Shown: one piece after another, positions 36,290 through 48,554 of the stretch
Layout: each line of letters opens with the position of its first letter
How positions within the stretch are numbered: position 1 is the stretch's first letter
Assembly (NCBI GenBank): GCA_002269645.1
Contig: NIVC01003430.1
Span: 34,030 to 98,029, forward strand
Reading direction: 5' to 3'
DNA from: Macrostomum lignano
Taxonomy: Eukaryota
DNA length: 64,000 bases
The notes under the pieces: generated by a model
The model's database searches: none
The model's input: only the letters and a program-made list of their open reading frames with translations
Told to the model about the DNA's origin: nothing
Position numbers and translations under genes: made by a program

Positions 36290-39200
36290 ACATAGAAGAG
36301 CCACCATGTCGAACATAAAAGAGCTAACATATCGAATATTAAAGAGCCACCATGTCAAACCTAAACGAGCCACCATGTCTAATATTTAAGAGGCACCATA
36401 TAAAACATATAAGTGACTTTATGTCAAACATAAAAGAGCCACCATTTCTAACATTAAACAGCCACCATTTCGAACATTAAAGAGCCACCATGTCGAAAAT
36501 AAAAGAGTCACTATTTCGAACATCAAAGAGCCACTATGTCAAACATTTAGGAGCCACTTTTTCGAACATTAAAGAGCCACCATGTCAAACATAAAAGAGC
36601 CAACATGTCAAACATAAAAGAGCCAACATGTCAAACATAAGGGCCACCATGTCAAACATTTAAGAGCCACCATGTCAAACATATATGTGACTTTGTGTTA
36701 AACATTAAAGAGCCACCATTTCGAACATTAAAGAGCCACCATGTCAAACATGAAAGAGCTATAACATGAAGAATATTAAAGAGCCACCATGTCGAACATA
36801 AAAGAGCTGCCATGTAAAATAACAAAGAGCTACCAAGTTAAACATAAAAGAGCCACCATGTAAAACATTAAAGAGCCACCATGTGAAACATTAAAGAGCC
36901 ACATTGTCAAACCTAGAAGAGCCACCATGTCGAACATAACAGAGCTACCATGTCAAACATTAAAGAGCCACCATGTCAAACATTCAAAAGTTACATTGTC
37001 AAACATTGAAGAGCCACTATGTCAAACATTTAGGAGCCACTTTGTCGAACATTAAAGAGCCAACATGTCAGACATTAAAAAAGCCACCGTATCAAATAAA
37101 AAGAGTTAACATGTAGAACAAAAAAGAGCCACCATATCGAACATAAAAGAGCCAACATGTCAAACAAAAAGAGCCACCATGTCAAACATTTAAGAGCCAC
37201 CATGTCAAACATATATGTGACTTTATGTCAAACATTAAAGAGCCACCATTTCGGACATAACAGAGCTACCATGTAAAACATTAAAGAGCCACCATGTCAA
37301 ACATTAAAGAGCCACCATGTCGAACATAAAAGAGCCACCATGTCAAACCTAAAAGAGCCACCATGTCGAAAATAAAAGAGCCACTATTTCGAACATTAAA
37401 GAGCCACCATTTCGAACATTAAAGAGCCACCATGTCGACCATAAAAGAGCCACTATTTCGAACATTAAATATCCACCATGTAAAACATTAAAGAGCCACC
37501 ATGTCAAACATGAAAGAGCTATAACATGAAGAATATTAAAGAGCCACCATGTCGAACATAACAGAGCTACCATGTCAAACATTAAAGAGCCACCATGTCA
37601 AACATTCAAAAGTTACATTGTCAAACATTGAAGAGCCACTATGTCAAACATTTAGGAGCCACTTTGTCGAACATTAAAGAGCCAACATGTCAGACATTAA
37701 AAAAGCCACCATTTCAAACATTAAAGAGGCACCATGTCGAACATTAAAAAGCCACCATGTCGAACATTAAAGAGCCACCATGTTAAACATTAAAGAGCCA
37801 CCATGTGAAACATTAAAGAGCCACCATGTCAAAGATTAAAGAGCCATCATTACATTAAAGTGCCACCAGGTCAAAAATTAAAGAGCCACCATGTCAAACA
37901 TTAACGAGTCACCATGTCAAGTATATTCGTGACTCCATGTCAACCATAAAAGAGCCACCATGTCAAACATAAAAGAGCCACCACGTCAAACATTAAAGAG
38001 CCACCATGTCAAACATAAAAGAGCCACCATGTCAAACATAAAAGAGCCATCATGTTAAACATTAAAGAGCCACCATGTCAAACATAAAAGAGCCACCATG
38101 TCAAAAATAAAAGAGCAACCATGTCAAACATATATGTGACTCCATGTCAAGCAGTAAAGAGCCACCATGTCAAGCATAAAAAAGCCACCATGTCGAACAT
38201 AAAAGAGCCCCATGTCAAACATTAAAAAGCCACAATGTCAAGCATTAAAGAGACACCATGTCGAACATGTCAAACATTAACGAGTCACCATGTCAAGTAT
38301 ATTCGTGACTCCATGTCAACCATAAAAGAGCCATGTCAAAGCCACATGTCAAACACTAAAGAGCCACCATGTCAAACATAAAAGAGCCACTATGTCAAAC
38401 ATTAAGGAGACACCATGTTAGACATTAAAAAACCCCGAATCAAACATAAAAGAGCCACCATGTAGAACATAAAAGAGCCATCATGTCAAACATTAAAGAG
38501 GCACCATGTCGAACATTAAAAAGCCACCATGTCAAACATTAAAGAGCCACCATGTCGAACATAAAAAAACCACCATGTCGAACATAAAAGAGCCACCATG
38601 TCGAACATAAAAGAACCACCATGTCGAACATTAAAGAGCCACCATGTCGAACATTAAAAAGCCACCATGTCGAACATAAAAGAACCACCATGTCGAACAT
38701 AAAAGAGCCACCATGTCAAACATTAAAGAGGCACCATGTCGAACATAAAAAAGCCACCATGTCGAACATTATAGAGCCACCATGTCGAACATAAAAGAGC
38801 CACCATGTCAAACATTAAAGAGCCACCATGTCAAACATAAAAAAGCCACCATGTCGAACATTATAGAGCCGCCATGTCGAACATAAAAGAAACACCATGT
38901 CGAACATAAAAGAGCCACTATGTCAAACATTAAAAAGCCATTATGTCGAACATTAAAGAGCCACCATGTCCAACATATATGTGACTCCATGTTAAACATT
39001 AAAGAGCCGTCATGTCAAACATAACAGAGCCAGCATGTCAAACATAAAAGGACCACCATGTCAAACAATAAAGAGGCACCATGTCGAACATTAAAAAGCC
39101 ACCATGTTTAACATTAAAGAGCCACCATGTCGAACATTAAAGAGCTGCCATGTTGAAAATAAAAAAGCCACCATGTAGAAAATTAAAGAGCCATCATGTC

Positions 39201-39845
39201 AAACATAAAAGAGCCACTATTTCAAACATTAAAGATCCATCATTACATTAAGGTGCCACCATGTCAAACATTAAAGAGCCACCATGTCAAACATTAACGA
39301 GTCACCATGTCAAGTATATTCGTGACTCCATGTCCACCATAAAAGAGCCACCATGTCAAACATAAAAGAGCCACCACGTCAAACATTAAAGAGCCACCAT
39401 GTCAAACATTAAAGAGCCACCATGTCAAACATAAAAGAGCCATCATGTTAAACATAAAAGAGCCATCATGTTAAACATTAAAGAGCCACCATGTCAAACA
39501 TAAAAGAGCCACCATGTCAAAAATAAAAGAGCAACCATGTCAAACATATATGTGACTCCATGTCAAGCAGTAAAGAGCCACCATGTCAAGCATAAAAAAG
39601 CCACCATGTCGAACATAAAAGAGCCCCATGTCAAACATTAAAGAGCCACAATGTCAAACATTAAAGAGACACCATGTCGAACATCATGTCAAACACTAAA
39701 GAGCCACCATGTCAAACATAAAAGAGCCACTATGTCAAACATTAAAGAGACACCATGTTAGACATTAAAAAACCCCGAATCAAACATAAAAGAGCCACCA
39801 TGTAGAACATAAAAGAGCCACCATGTCAAACATTAAAGAGCCACC
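36290..39845 (+). repeat. 23-bp satellite (aaagagccaccatgtcaaacatt), ~3.5 kb, with higher-order duplications
   Basis: Direct reading. Variant blocks recur, e.g. ~37850-38280 and ~39240-39690. Confidence 0.95.
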
Positions 39846-40730
39846 ATAAAAGATACACAATTTCAAACGTAAAAGTAAGCGTCATGCCAATTTTAAAGGA
39901 ACCACTGTAGAGCTTAGGAAATTGTTGCACTAGCTACTTATTGTCTGGGGATGCTTGCCATTTGGGGATGCTTGCTATCTGGGGATGCTTGCTATCTGAG
40001 GGATGCTTGCCATCTGGGGGATGCTTGTTGTCTTGGGATAATTTCTTTTTGCATTACACTTTATTTGAGCAGTTTGTCTGTTGTGTTTGTGAAGGCTTTA
40101 TTTGGCTGTCTTTTTGTTACTTGAAGAGAACAGAGATTCTATCCAGATTTCCCCCAACGGGGGGCGAAGATTGCTAGTCCATATACTAAAAATGGTCTGT
40201 CGGTATGTGTGTGTGTGTATGTGTGTGTGTGTGATCGATTTTAGCAAAAATGGCTCAACCGATTTTGTTCAAACTTGCACCATTCGATCAGAAATTTTTC
40301 CGTGACGGTACATGCATCGTGGCTAAGAAATTGCTCGATGCTAAAGGGATTAAATATTCGAAAAACATGCTTTTTTGCAAAGGTCAAGCAGCTATTTCGA
40401 CTTGAAACGCACTGTAAAAATGCTAGAGAAAAAACTGACTGGTTGAATTCTGATTCTGAAATAGATTGCATCACAATACACTTTATTTATCGTCTGTGTA
40501 CTGGCTGAATTTGACACTCAATTGAATTGCGTCACAGCTTTGAGTGTGAAAGTATAGTGCAGTACTGAATTTATATTACGTAACCATATTGTTAGCTTTC
40601 ATAGACACTGGTACTGACTTGCCTAAGAAATTGATTATGTCATAACTGCTTCGCGTGACTTTTTACTCTACCTGACTTGGTGTGAGTGTTGAATTATATA
40701 AGTGGTACAAATTCACTGATAACTTCGATG

Positions 40731-40795
40731 AGAGCTAGCCTAGAGCTGAGCAGACCAGACTGCTAATGCAGCGACCTGGGTTCGAATCTAAGTAG
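40731..40795 (+). ncRNA. tRNA-like/SINE head inside Helitron 2
   Basis: A-box TAGCCTAGAGC, ACTGCTAATGCAG arm, B-box GGGTTCGAATC. Confidence 0.55.
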
Positions 40796-40859
40796 TTTAA
40801 AAGTAGTAGTGTAAAATTTTTTATTAAAAGCTTTTATTAAAGGACTAAATAAAAACACT

Positions 40860-42295
40860 TAGATTACTGCACTCGATAAGCTAAGGATTATTGCTCTTGG
40901 CAAACCAAGGAATACTGCACTCGATAAGCCAAGGATTATTGCTATTAATAAACCAAGGACTATTGCTATTAATAAACCAAGGATTACTGCACTCAATAAA
41001 CCAAGGACTATTGCTCTTGGCAAACCAAGGATTACTGCACTCGATAAGCCAAGGACTATTGCTATTAATAAACCAAGGATTACTGCACTCGATAAGCCAA
41101 GGATTATTGCTATTAATAAACCAAGGATTACTGCACTCGATAAACCAAGGATTATTGCTATTAATAAACCAAGGATTATGCACTTGGCAAACCAAGGATT
41201 ACTGCACTCGATAAGCCAAGGATTATTGCTATTAATAAACCAAAAATTACTGCACTCAATAAACCAAGGACTATTGCTATTAATAAACCAAGGATTACTG
41301 CACTCAATAAACCAAGGACTATTGCTCTTGGCAAACCAAGGATTACTGCACTCGATAAGCCAAGGACTATTGCTCTTGGCAAACCAAGGATTACTGCACT
41401 CGATAAGCCAAGGATTATTGCTATTAATAAACCAAGGATTATTGCTATTAATAAACCAAGGATTACTGCACTCGATAAACCAAGGATTATTGCTATTAAT
41501 AAACCAAGGATTATGCACTTGGCAAACCAAGGATTACTGCACTCGATAAGCCAAGGATTATTGCTATTAATAAACCAAGGATTACTGCACTCAATAAACC
41601 AAGAACTATTGCTCTTGGCAAACTAAGGATTACTGCACTCGATAAGCCAAGGATTATTGCTATTAATAAACCAAGGATTACTGCACTCGATAAACCAAGG
41701 ATTATTGCTATTAATAAACCAAGGATTATGCACTTGGCAAACCAAGGATTACTGCACTCGATAAGCCAAGGATTATTGCTATTAATAAACCAAGGATTAC
41801 TGCACTCAATAAACCAAGGACTATTGCTCTTGGCAAACCAAGGATTACTGCACTTGATTAATCAAGGATTATTGCTATTAATAAACCAAGGATTACTGCA
41901 CTCGATAAGCCAAGGATTATTGCTATTAATAAACCAAGGATTACTGCACTCGATAAGCCAAGGATTATTGCTATTAATAAACCAAGGATTACTGCACTCG
42001 ATAAGCCAAGGATTATTGCTATTAATAAACCAAGGATTACTGCACTCGATAAGCCAAGGATTATTGCTATTAATAAACCATGAATTACTGCACTCGATAA
42101 GCCAAGGATTATTGCTATTAATAAACCAAGGATTACTGCACTCATAAGCCATGGATTATTGCTATTAATAAACCAAGGATTACTTACTGCACTTGGCAAA
42201 CCAAGAATTACTGCACTCGATAAGCCATGGATTATTGCTATTAATAAACCAAGGATTACTGCACTCGATAGCCAAGGATTACTGCGCTTGATAAG
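40860..42295 (+). repeat. 48-bp satellite built from two diverged 24-mers (aaaccaaggattactgcactcgat + aagccaaggattattgctattaat)
   Basis: Direct reading; period 48. Confidence 0.95.
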
Positions 42296-42324
42296 CTTGG
42301 CTACATGTATAGGATTATTTCTAT

Positions 42325-42550
42325 CCAGGGATGCTTGCTATTTAGGGATTCTTGCTATGTGCAGGATGCTTGCTATCTGGAAGGATGCTTCTACATTATT
42401 TGGGGTATGCTTGCTATCTGCAAGATGCTTGCTATCTGCAAGATGCTTGCTATCTGCAGATGCTTGCTATCTGCAGATGCTTGCTATCTGGGTGGATGCT
42501 TGCTAGGAGTATAAGGGGATGCTTGCTACTGGGGGGATGCTTGCTGTCTT
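42325..42550 (+). repeat. ~16-bp repeat (gggatgcttgctatct), also at 39945-40035
   Basis: Direct reading; module shared by both Helitron-like elements. Confidence 0.85.
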
Positions 42551-42590
42551 GGGAATATTTTCTATTTAGGGGTAATGACTAAAATTCATG

Positions 42591-42657
42591 AGAGCTAGCC
42601 TAGAGGTAAACAGACTAAACTGCTAAATGCAGGGACGATGGTTCGAATTTTTAGAGA
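42591..42657 (+). ncRNA. Second tRNA-like/SINE head inside Helitron 2
   Basis: GAGAGCTAGCCTAGAGG...ACTGCTAAATGCAG...GGTTCGAAT. Confidence 0.5.
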
Positions 42658-42709
42658 GAAGAGTTTTTTTTAATTAAAGCTTTTTAACGCCAAGACAAAA
42701 AAAATTATG

Positions 42710-43950
42710 GAAGCGTCATGTAAACAATCATACAACCGTCATGTAAACAATCATAGAAGCGTCATGTAAAAATCATAGAAGCGTCATGTAAAAATCATAG
42801 AAGCGTCATGTAAAAATCATAGAAGCGTCATGTAAACAATCATAGAAGCGTCATGTTAAAATCATAAAAGCGTCATGTAAAATCATAAAAGCGTCATAAA
42901 AAATCATAGAAGCGTCATGCAAACAATCATAGAAGCGTCATGTTAAAATCACACAAGCGTCATGTAAACAATCATACAAGCGTCATGTAAACAATCATAG
43001 AAGCGTCATGTAAAAAATCATAGAAGCGTCATGTTAAAATCATAAAAGCGTCATAAAAAATCATAGAAGCGTCATGTAAACAATCATACAAGCGTCATGT
43101 AAACAATCATAGAAGCGTCATGTAAACAATCATAGAAGCGTCATGTAAAAAATCATAGAAGCGTCATGTAAACAATCATAGAAGCGTCATGTAAAAATCA
43201 TAGAAGCGTCATGAAAAAATCATAGAAGCGTCATGTAAAAATCATAGAAGCGTCATGTAAAAATCATAGAAGCGTCATGTAAACAATCATAGAAGCGTCA
43301 TGTTAAAATCAAAGAAGCGTCATGTAAACAATCATACAAGCGTCATGTAAACAATCATAGAAGCGTCATGTAAAAAATCATAGAAGCGTCATGTTAAAAT
43401 CACAAAAAGCGTCATAAAAAATCATAGAAGCGTCATGTAAACAATCATGGAAGCGTCATGTAAACAATCATAGAAGCGTCATGTAAAAATCATAGAAGCG
43501 TCATGTAAAAATCATAGAAGCGTCATGTAAACAATCATAGAAGCGTCATGTTAAAATCAAAGAAGCGTCATGTAAACAATCATACAAGCGTCATGTAAAC
43601 AATCATAGAAGCGTCATGTAAAAAATCATAGAAGCGTCATGTAAACAATCATACAAGCGTCATGTAAACAATCATAAAAGCGTCATGTAAACAATCATAA
43701 AAGCGTCATGTAAACAAGCATAGAAGCGTCATGTAAACAATCATAAAAGCGTCATGTAAACAATCATAAAAGCGTCATGTAAACAAGCATAGAAGCGTCA
43801 TGTTAACATAGAAGCGTCATGAAAAAATCACAGAAGCCTCATGTAAAAACTAATGAAAGTGTGTCATTTAAAAAATTAAGAAGCATCATGGAAGAATAAA
43901 AGAAGCGTAACGTAAAAATCAAAAGAAGCGTCATGTCAGACATGAAACAA
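42710..43950 (+). repeat. 22/23-bp satellite (agaagcgtcatgtaaacaatcat)
   Basis: Direct reading. Confidence 0.95.
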
Positions 43951-44786
43951 GTGTCATAAAAATTAAATGAAGCTATAGTGCTGTGCTGGGGAGAATCACT
44001 GAGACGTCAAGGCTCACAGAGAATAACTGAGATTACAGGGGGGTTTCTGAGATGTTAAAGCAAAAGTCAGAAGCTACTTCAAAGTACATGTACTTTACTT
44101 AAGTTTTTTTATTGCATTCTTTGTTGGCTTGCCACGGTGGGGGGGGCACTGATAGAAAAAGAGTCATGTAAAAATAAAAGGAGCACTATGTATACATAAA
44201 ATAAAAGTCATGTCAAAGTTAAAAGATTCATTTGGGAATTGCTACGATGTCAAAGCTTGGAGGGAATCGTTATAGTGCTGTGATTCTTAAAGAAGGAATC
44301 ATTTAAATGCCAAGGCTTAGGGAAGAAGAATTGCTGTGATTTCAAGGCTTTAGGTTGGGTGAAAGTTAGGTTTACGTCAGGTTTGGGTTGAGGGTTAGAT
44401 TTTAGCGCGTTTCAAGGTTAACAGGGGATTTTTTAGATTTCAAGGTTTATGGGGGCATCGCTGACATGTCAAGGCTTACGAGGGGAATCTATCTATCTAT
44501 CTATCTATAGCTGAGATGTCAAGGCTCACGGGGGAATAAATGAGATGTCAAGGCTAATGTCAGAAGCTACATGTAGTTTATTGGAAAAAAGTTATTACAT
44601 TATTTGTTGGCTCCTCACGGGAGGGATCGCTGATAGAAAAAGCGTAATGTAAAAAAAAGAAGCTTCATGTCGAAGTTAAGAGATTCATTTAGGAATCCCT
44701 ACGATGTCGAGGCTTGCAGGGAATCGCTATAATGCTGTAGTAGTGCTATAATGACTCTTAGAGAGAATTACTGAAATTTCAATGCT

Positions 44787-44826
44787 TTAGGGTTAGGGTT
44801 AGGGTTAGGGTTAGGGTTAGGGTTAG
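44787..44826 (+). repeat. Interstitial telomeric repeat (TTAGGG)6 TTAG
   Basis: Direct reading. Confidence 0.95.
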
Positions 44827-45264
44827 AAAGTAGACAGATTTTTTAAGATTTCAAGGCTTATGGGAGCATCGCTGAGATGTCAAGGGGGGAGTTGATATGT
44901 TAAGGCTTGTGGGGAGGGATTGCTGACATGTCAAGGCTTACAAGGGTACTGGTAGCGTACTGAAGCATACTGGTAGAAGTAGCTCTGAAAGAAGGCAAGT
45001 ATGGTTGAATTTCAATGTCTGTTATAAAATTCTGCACAAACATGTTTTATTGGTACATAAGCCTGGAATTAAAATGAGAATTCGATTCCTAGCCCCCTCC
45101 CTAAGAATTTTTTTTCACTTTAAAGGATTCGTCCCTTGCTTATTGGCCACCCCGAAGGGGGGCGCTAGATTGCTAGTCTTCATCCTAAATATCAATTCAT
45201 ATTGTGGCTTCTCAAGCCAAAGCCGCAATGCTGGGGGCTCCCGGAGCCAGTCTGCGATGCGTAC

Positions 45265-45984
45265 TCAGTCGAAGGGCGACACACACTCGCAGAGGCCGAA
45301 GCTGGCTGACGTCAGATCCGTCAGGCCGCCACTTCCGGACACGGCGGCGAGCTTGTCCTGTCCGCCGTTGTCATCTGGCTCACCGGAATGCCACAGGCTC
45401 GGGTCCACGGTGATGTTGCAGCCGACCCAGTGCCAGCCGCCTGCCGGCTCCGCGCTGCCGGGAGCCTGGAAGCCTCCGAGCCACAAATTGTTACCATCAC
45501 GAAGCGACTCCACGTGGCTCATCTCTGAGCTGCTCGTCACGTCCGCCATGATCACCAGACCGCTCTCCGACTCGCATGTCGATTTTATGACGTCCCACGA
45601 GCCGCTGACCACCTTGTACTTGACTCCGCAGAAGTCGTCTCCGTATCCGAGCGGACACAGCAGTCCCGCCGACAGTCCCGGCTGCTGCCTCACGAACACC
45701 CGGCCTCGTCTTGAGCAGCCGCAGTCCCTCACAGACTTGCTGCACTTGTTGAACTTGAACAGCTGGCACGGACCGTCGGACAGGCTGAAGGCCTGGCACT
45801 GCGGCCTTAGGCCACACAGGATGGCGCACTGCTCCTCAGACATCACGCCGTTGAGTGTCCTCACAAACGGACTGCTGATGCACAGGGAGCCGTTAATGGG
45901 CGCAAACTCGGTGCCGCACAGAGCAGCCGCCACAACCGCAGCTGTCAGCCCTAAGATAGCGAGATGCACAAACACGGGGCGCAT
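45265..45984 (-). CDS. Secreted PAN/Apple + C-type lectin-like protein, copy A (239 aa, intronless)
   Basis: Signal peptide; PAN-type Cys pattern (EEQCAILCGLRPQCQAFSLSDGPCQLF); CTLD with WLGG, GGWHW, LWHSGEPD and final LCEC. Confidence 0.8.
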   Translation of the reverse strand: MRPVFVHLAILGLTAAVVAAALCGTEFAPINGSLCISSPFVRTLNGVMSEEQCAILCGLRPQCQAFSLSDGPCQLFKFNKCSKSVRDCGCSRRGRVFVRQQPGLSAGLLCPLGYGDDFCGVKYKVVSGSWDVIKSTCESESGLVIMADVTSSSEMSHVESLRDGNNLWLGGFQAPGSAEPAGGWHWVGCNITVDPSLWHSGEPDDNGGQDKLAAVSGSGGLTDLTSASFGLCECVSPFD

Positions 45985-47660
45985 GGTGGCAGCTCTTTAC
46001 TAGCCTGCTCTGAACGGAGCGGAAATCCTGGCTTGGGTTTTCCTGCTTCACCTGTTTTTTTCTCTTGATTTTGCGTGGCACAGTTTGTTGTGACAACCGC
46101 CTGCCTTTTATCATTGGCTGCCCGCCGCTGGAATTGCCGATGAGATTCCCGCTGCCGGACAGTCTTTTCTTTTCCGCTAGGCTCTACTTCTGAGTAGTGC
46201 ATAAAGATGTCTATGGACTGCTTATGCAATACTCGTACATCACTAGGCTGAAATGCCAGTACGTTTCGTTGCTAGGAATTCATTTGTTTCTACTCAGTGT
46301 GAGCTTCTCAAACGCTCAAGTTAGGAAGTTTCCCAGCTGCCGAAACTGATGCAGCATGCCTGCCATCTCACTGGCAGCTGTGTATCCTACGTGAGCTAAG
46401 CACATTCACTCAGCCCCGATGCCAGGATTTCACTTTCAAATGGTTGGGATGGAAACTGCGTGTTAGTGCTTCCGTCAATAATTCAGAACGAGGCACCTGG
46501 GGTATCGAGTGCAGAACACTTCTGTTACAAAGCAATCAAAAAGTGATGCGGGCATCAGAACAGCAGGATGGCGCCGTGCAAAACCTTCAGCTTTGAGTTT
46601 TTTGCAGCGAATCCAACCAATTTACTCGTAGTTGCTCAAAAGATGAATACTGACAGGCGTGATGACGCTCGGGGTACGAGTAAGCTCGTTTTGGCGTGAT
46701 GTCGCTAAGAACTCGCGTTGCTCTCAGAGTGTGTTGCGACACTCTCTAGTGCTTATACAGTGGTTCAGTATAAGTAAAAGTATATGATGGTATCCGCTCT
46801 CACGGCGTAATCACATTCTGGCAAGAAGTTACTGTAGCCCTGCCCAACAAGCTTCCCGGAAAAGAAGGAATACTCAAAGCAGGCGGCTTACCAGTGGCTG
46901 AGTTACTGAACGCCGCTTACGAGCTATATTTGAGTTCTCAACGATGGCGATAATTTGGCAATACCCGGGCCGGACTCGCTCGCAGGTCTCAGAGCGGTGC
47001 ATGACTGGCTGATCTTTTGGCTTTAAGTCAATGTCTACTATTTACTTCTCTGGCCCGTTCTGGGGCTTAGCTTAAGTTCTTTGCTTACTCTTAACCGAAT
47101 CTGTTTCTGAGAATTTCTCAGACCACTGTGAGTCGTTCGGCGTCACAAAAAAAGCCGGGCGCAAAAAAGAAAACAAGGGGGAAGGGAGACGGAGACGGCG
47201 CAGTGCGAGAAAAGGGCACACGATAATACATAGCAGCTCAGGTCTTGGAGGGGGGCAGACGGCCCACCGGCTAAGCCGACAAAATAGATACACGCACCGG
47301 CCAGCCAATCAAAACCCCGTCTGGGGGAATGAGGGTGCTGCACCCGCGCCAAAGCCGGCAGCTGGCGGCAGCCAACCAGCCCAGAGCACGGGGCAGGGCG
47401 CACGGCTGGGGAGGGGCACGCACAAAGCCCAGCGGCCAGTCAGACCTCGCCACGCACGCCAACCCCCCCCCCCCAGTCAGCCCCAAAGTGCATCGCGCCC
47501 TGTAAAAAAACAAGGGCACATACACTACAATAGTAAACCCCTTATGAGATTTAAGAAAGTCAACCGCAAGCACATTCCCGTAAGTGCTTGTTTGCTCTTT
47601 GTCTTTTCCATTTTTAGACAGTCCGGTGGGAGTTTTACTTCACTTTTTTGATTTCCGATT

Positions 47661-48383
47661 TCAGTTGAATGGCGACTGGCACTCGCAGAGGCCGAAGCTG
47701 GCCGATGTCAGATCCGTCAGGCCGTCCCTGCCGTTCAGAGCGGCGAGTTTGTCCTGTCCACCTTTGTCATTTGGCTCATTGGGATGCCACAGGCTGCTGT
47801 CCATGGAGATGTTGCAGCTCAGCCAGTGCCAGCCACCGCTGGGTTCGATGCTACCTGGAGCTTGGAAGCCTCCGAGCCACATGGGACTTGAGCCTGTGTG
47901 CAGTGACCGGATCTGATTCACTTGGGTCAATTCCTCCGTGCTCGTCACGTCCGCCATGATCACCAGACCGCTCTCCGACTCGCATGTCGATTTTATGACG
48001 TCCCACGAGCCGCTGACCACCTTGTACTTGACTCCACAGAAGTTGTCTCCGTATCCAGGCGGACACAGCAGTCCCGCCGGCAGTCCCGGCTGCTGCCTCA
48101 CGAACACCCGGCCTCGTCTCGAGCAGCCGCAGTCCCTCACAGACTTGCTGCACTTGTTGAACTCGAAAAGCTGGCACGGACCGTCGGACAGGCTGAAGGC
48201 CTGGCACTGCGGCCTCAGGCGGCACAGAATGGCGCACTGCAGCTCCGAAGCGACTCCAGCGAAGGTTCGGACAAAGTCGCTATTGATGCACAGGGAGCTG
48301 TCAATCGGAGAGAACTTGGTGCTGCACTGTGAGGCAGCGGCTGCTGCAGCCGCAATCACCCAAATCGCTAGGCGGACCAGCAT
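47661..48383 (-). CDS. Secreted PAN/Apple + C-type lectin-like protein, copy B (240 aa)
   Basis: Paralog of copy A; EPN motif (WHPNEPND). Confidence 0.8.
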   Translation of the reverse strand: MLVRLAIWVIAAAAAAASQCSTKFSPIDSSLCINSDFVRTFAGVASELQCAILCRLRPQCQAFSLSDGPCQLFEFNKCSKSVRDCGCSRRGRVFVRQQPGLPAGLLCPPGYGDNFCGVKYKVVSGSWDVIKSTCESESGLVIMADVTSTEELTQVNQIRSLHTGSSPMWLGGFQAPGSIEPSGGWHWLSCNISMDSSLWHPNEPNDKGGQDKLAALNGRDGLTDLTSASFGLCECQSPFN

Positions 48384-48464
48384 CTTGCAGCTGCCTGTCT
48401 GCCGCGGTCTGACGAAGACGCCTTCTCATGCGAATCTTCCTTTCTATGCTCGCCAGCTAAATTA

Positions 48465-48478
48465 GTTGCCATAGCAAC
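48465..48478. promoter_or_regulatory. Perfect RFX X-box ~80 bp upstream of lectin copy B
   Basis: GTTGCCATAGCAAC. Confidence 0.65.
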
Positions 48479-48554
48479 AGCGCCCAACTGCTGCCCTTGT
48501 CTGCCACCAATCAGGTTCTGACTGAGTCCTCATTTCAGAAAATCTGTCCCTGGC

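Larger units (their letters stand above)
35685..40177 (+). mobile_element. Non-autonomous Helitron-like element 1
   Basis: The 5' end TCCTATATACTAAAAATG follows an A. Its ~300-bp 5' block is paralogous to element 2. The 3' end has a CCCCC-AAC-GGGGG hairpin followed by ...AGATTGCTAG. No Rep/helicase ORF. Confidence 0.7.
40178..45176 (+). mobile_element. Non-autonomous Helitron-like element 2, directly abutting element 1
   Basis: TCCATATACTAAAAATG starts immediately after CTAG, followed by a (TG)n tract and the conserved block AACCGATTTTGTTCAAACTTGCACC. The 3' end is GCCACCCCGAAGGGGGGCG-CTAGATTGCTAG followed by T. Confidence 0.7.
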
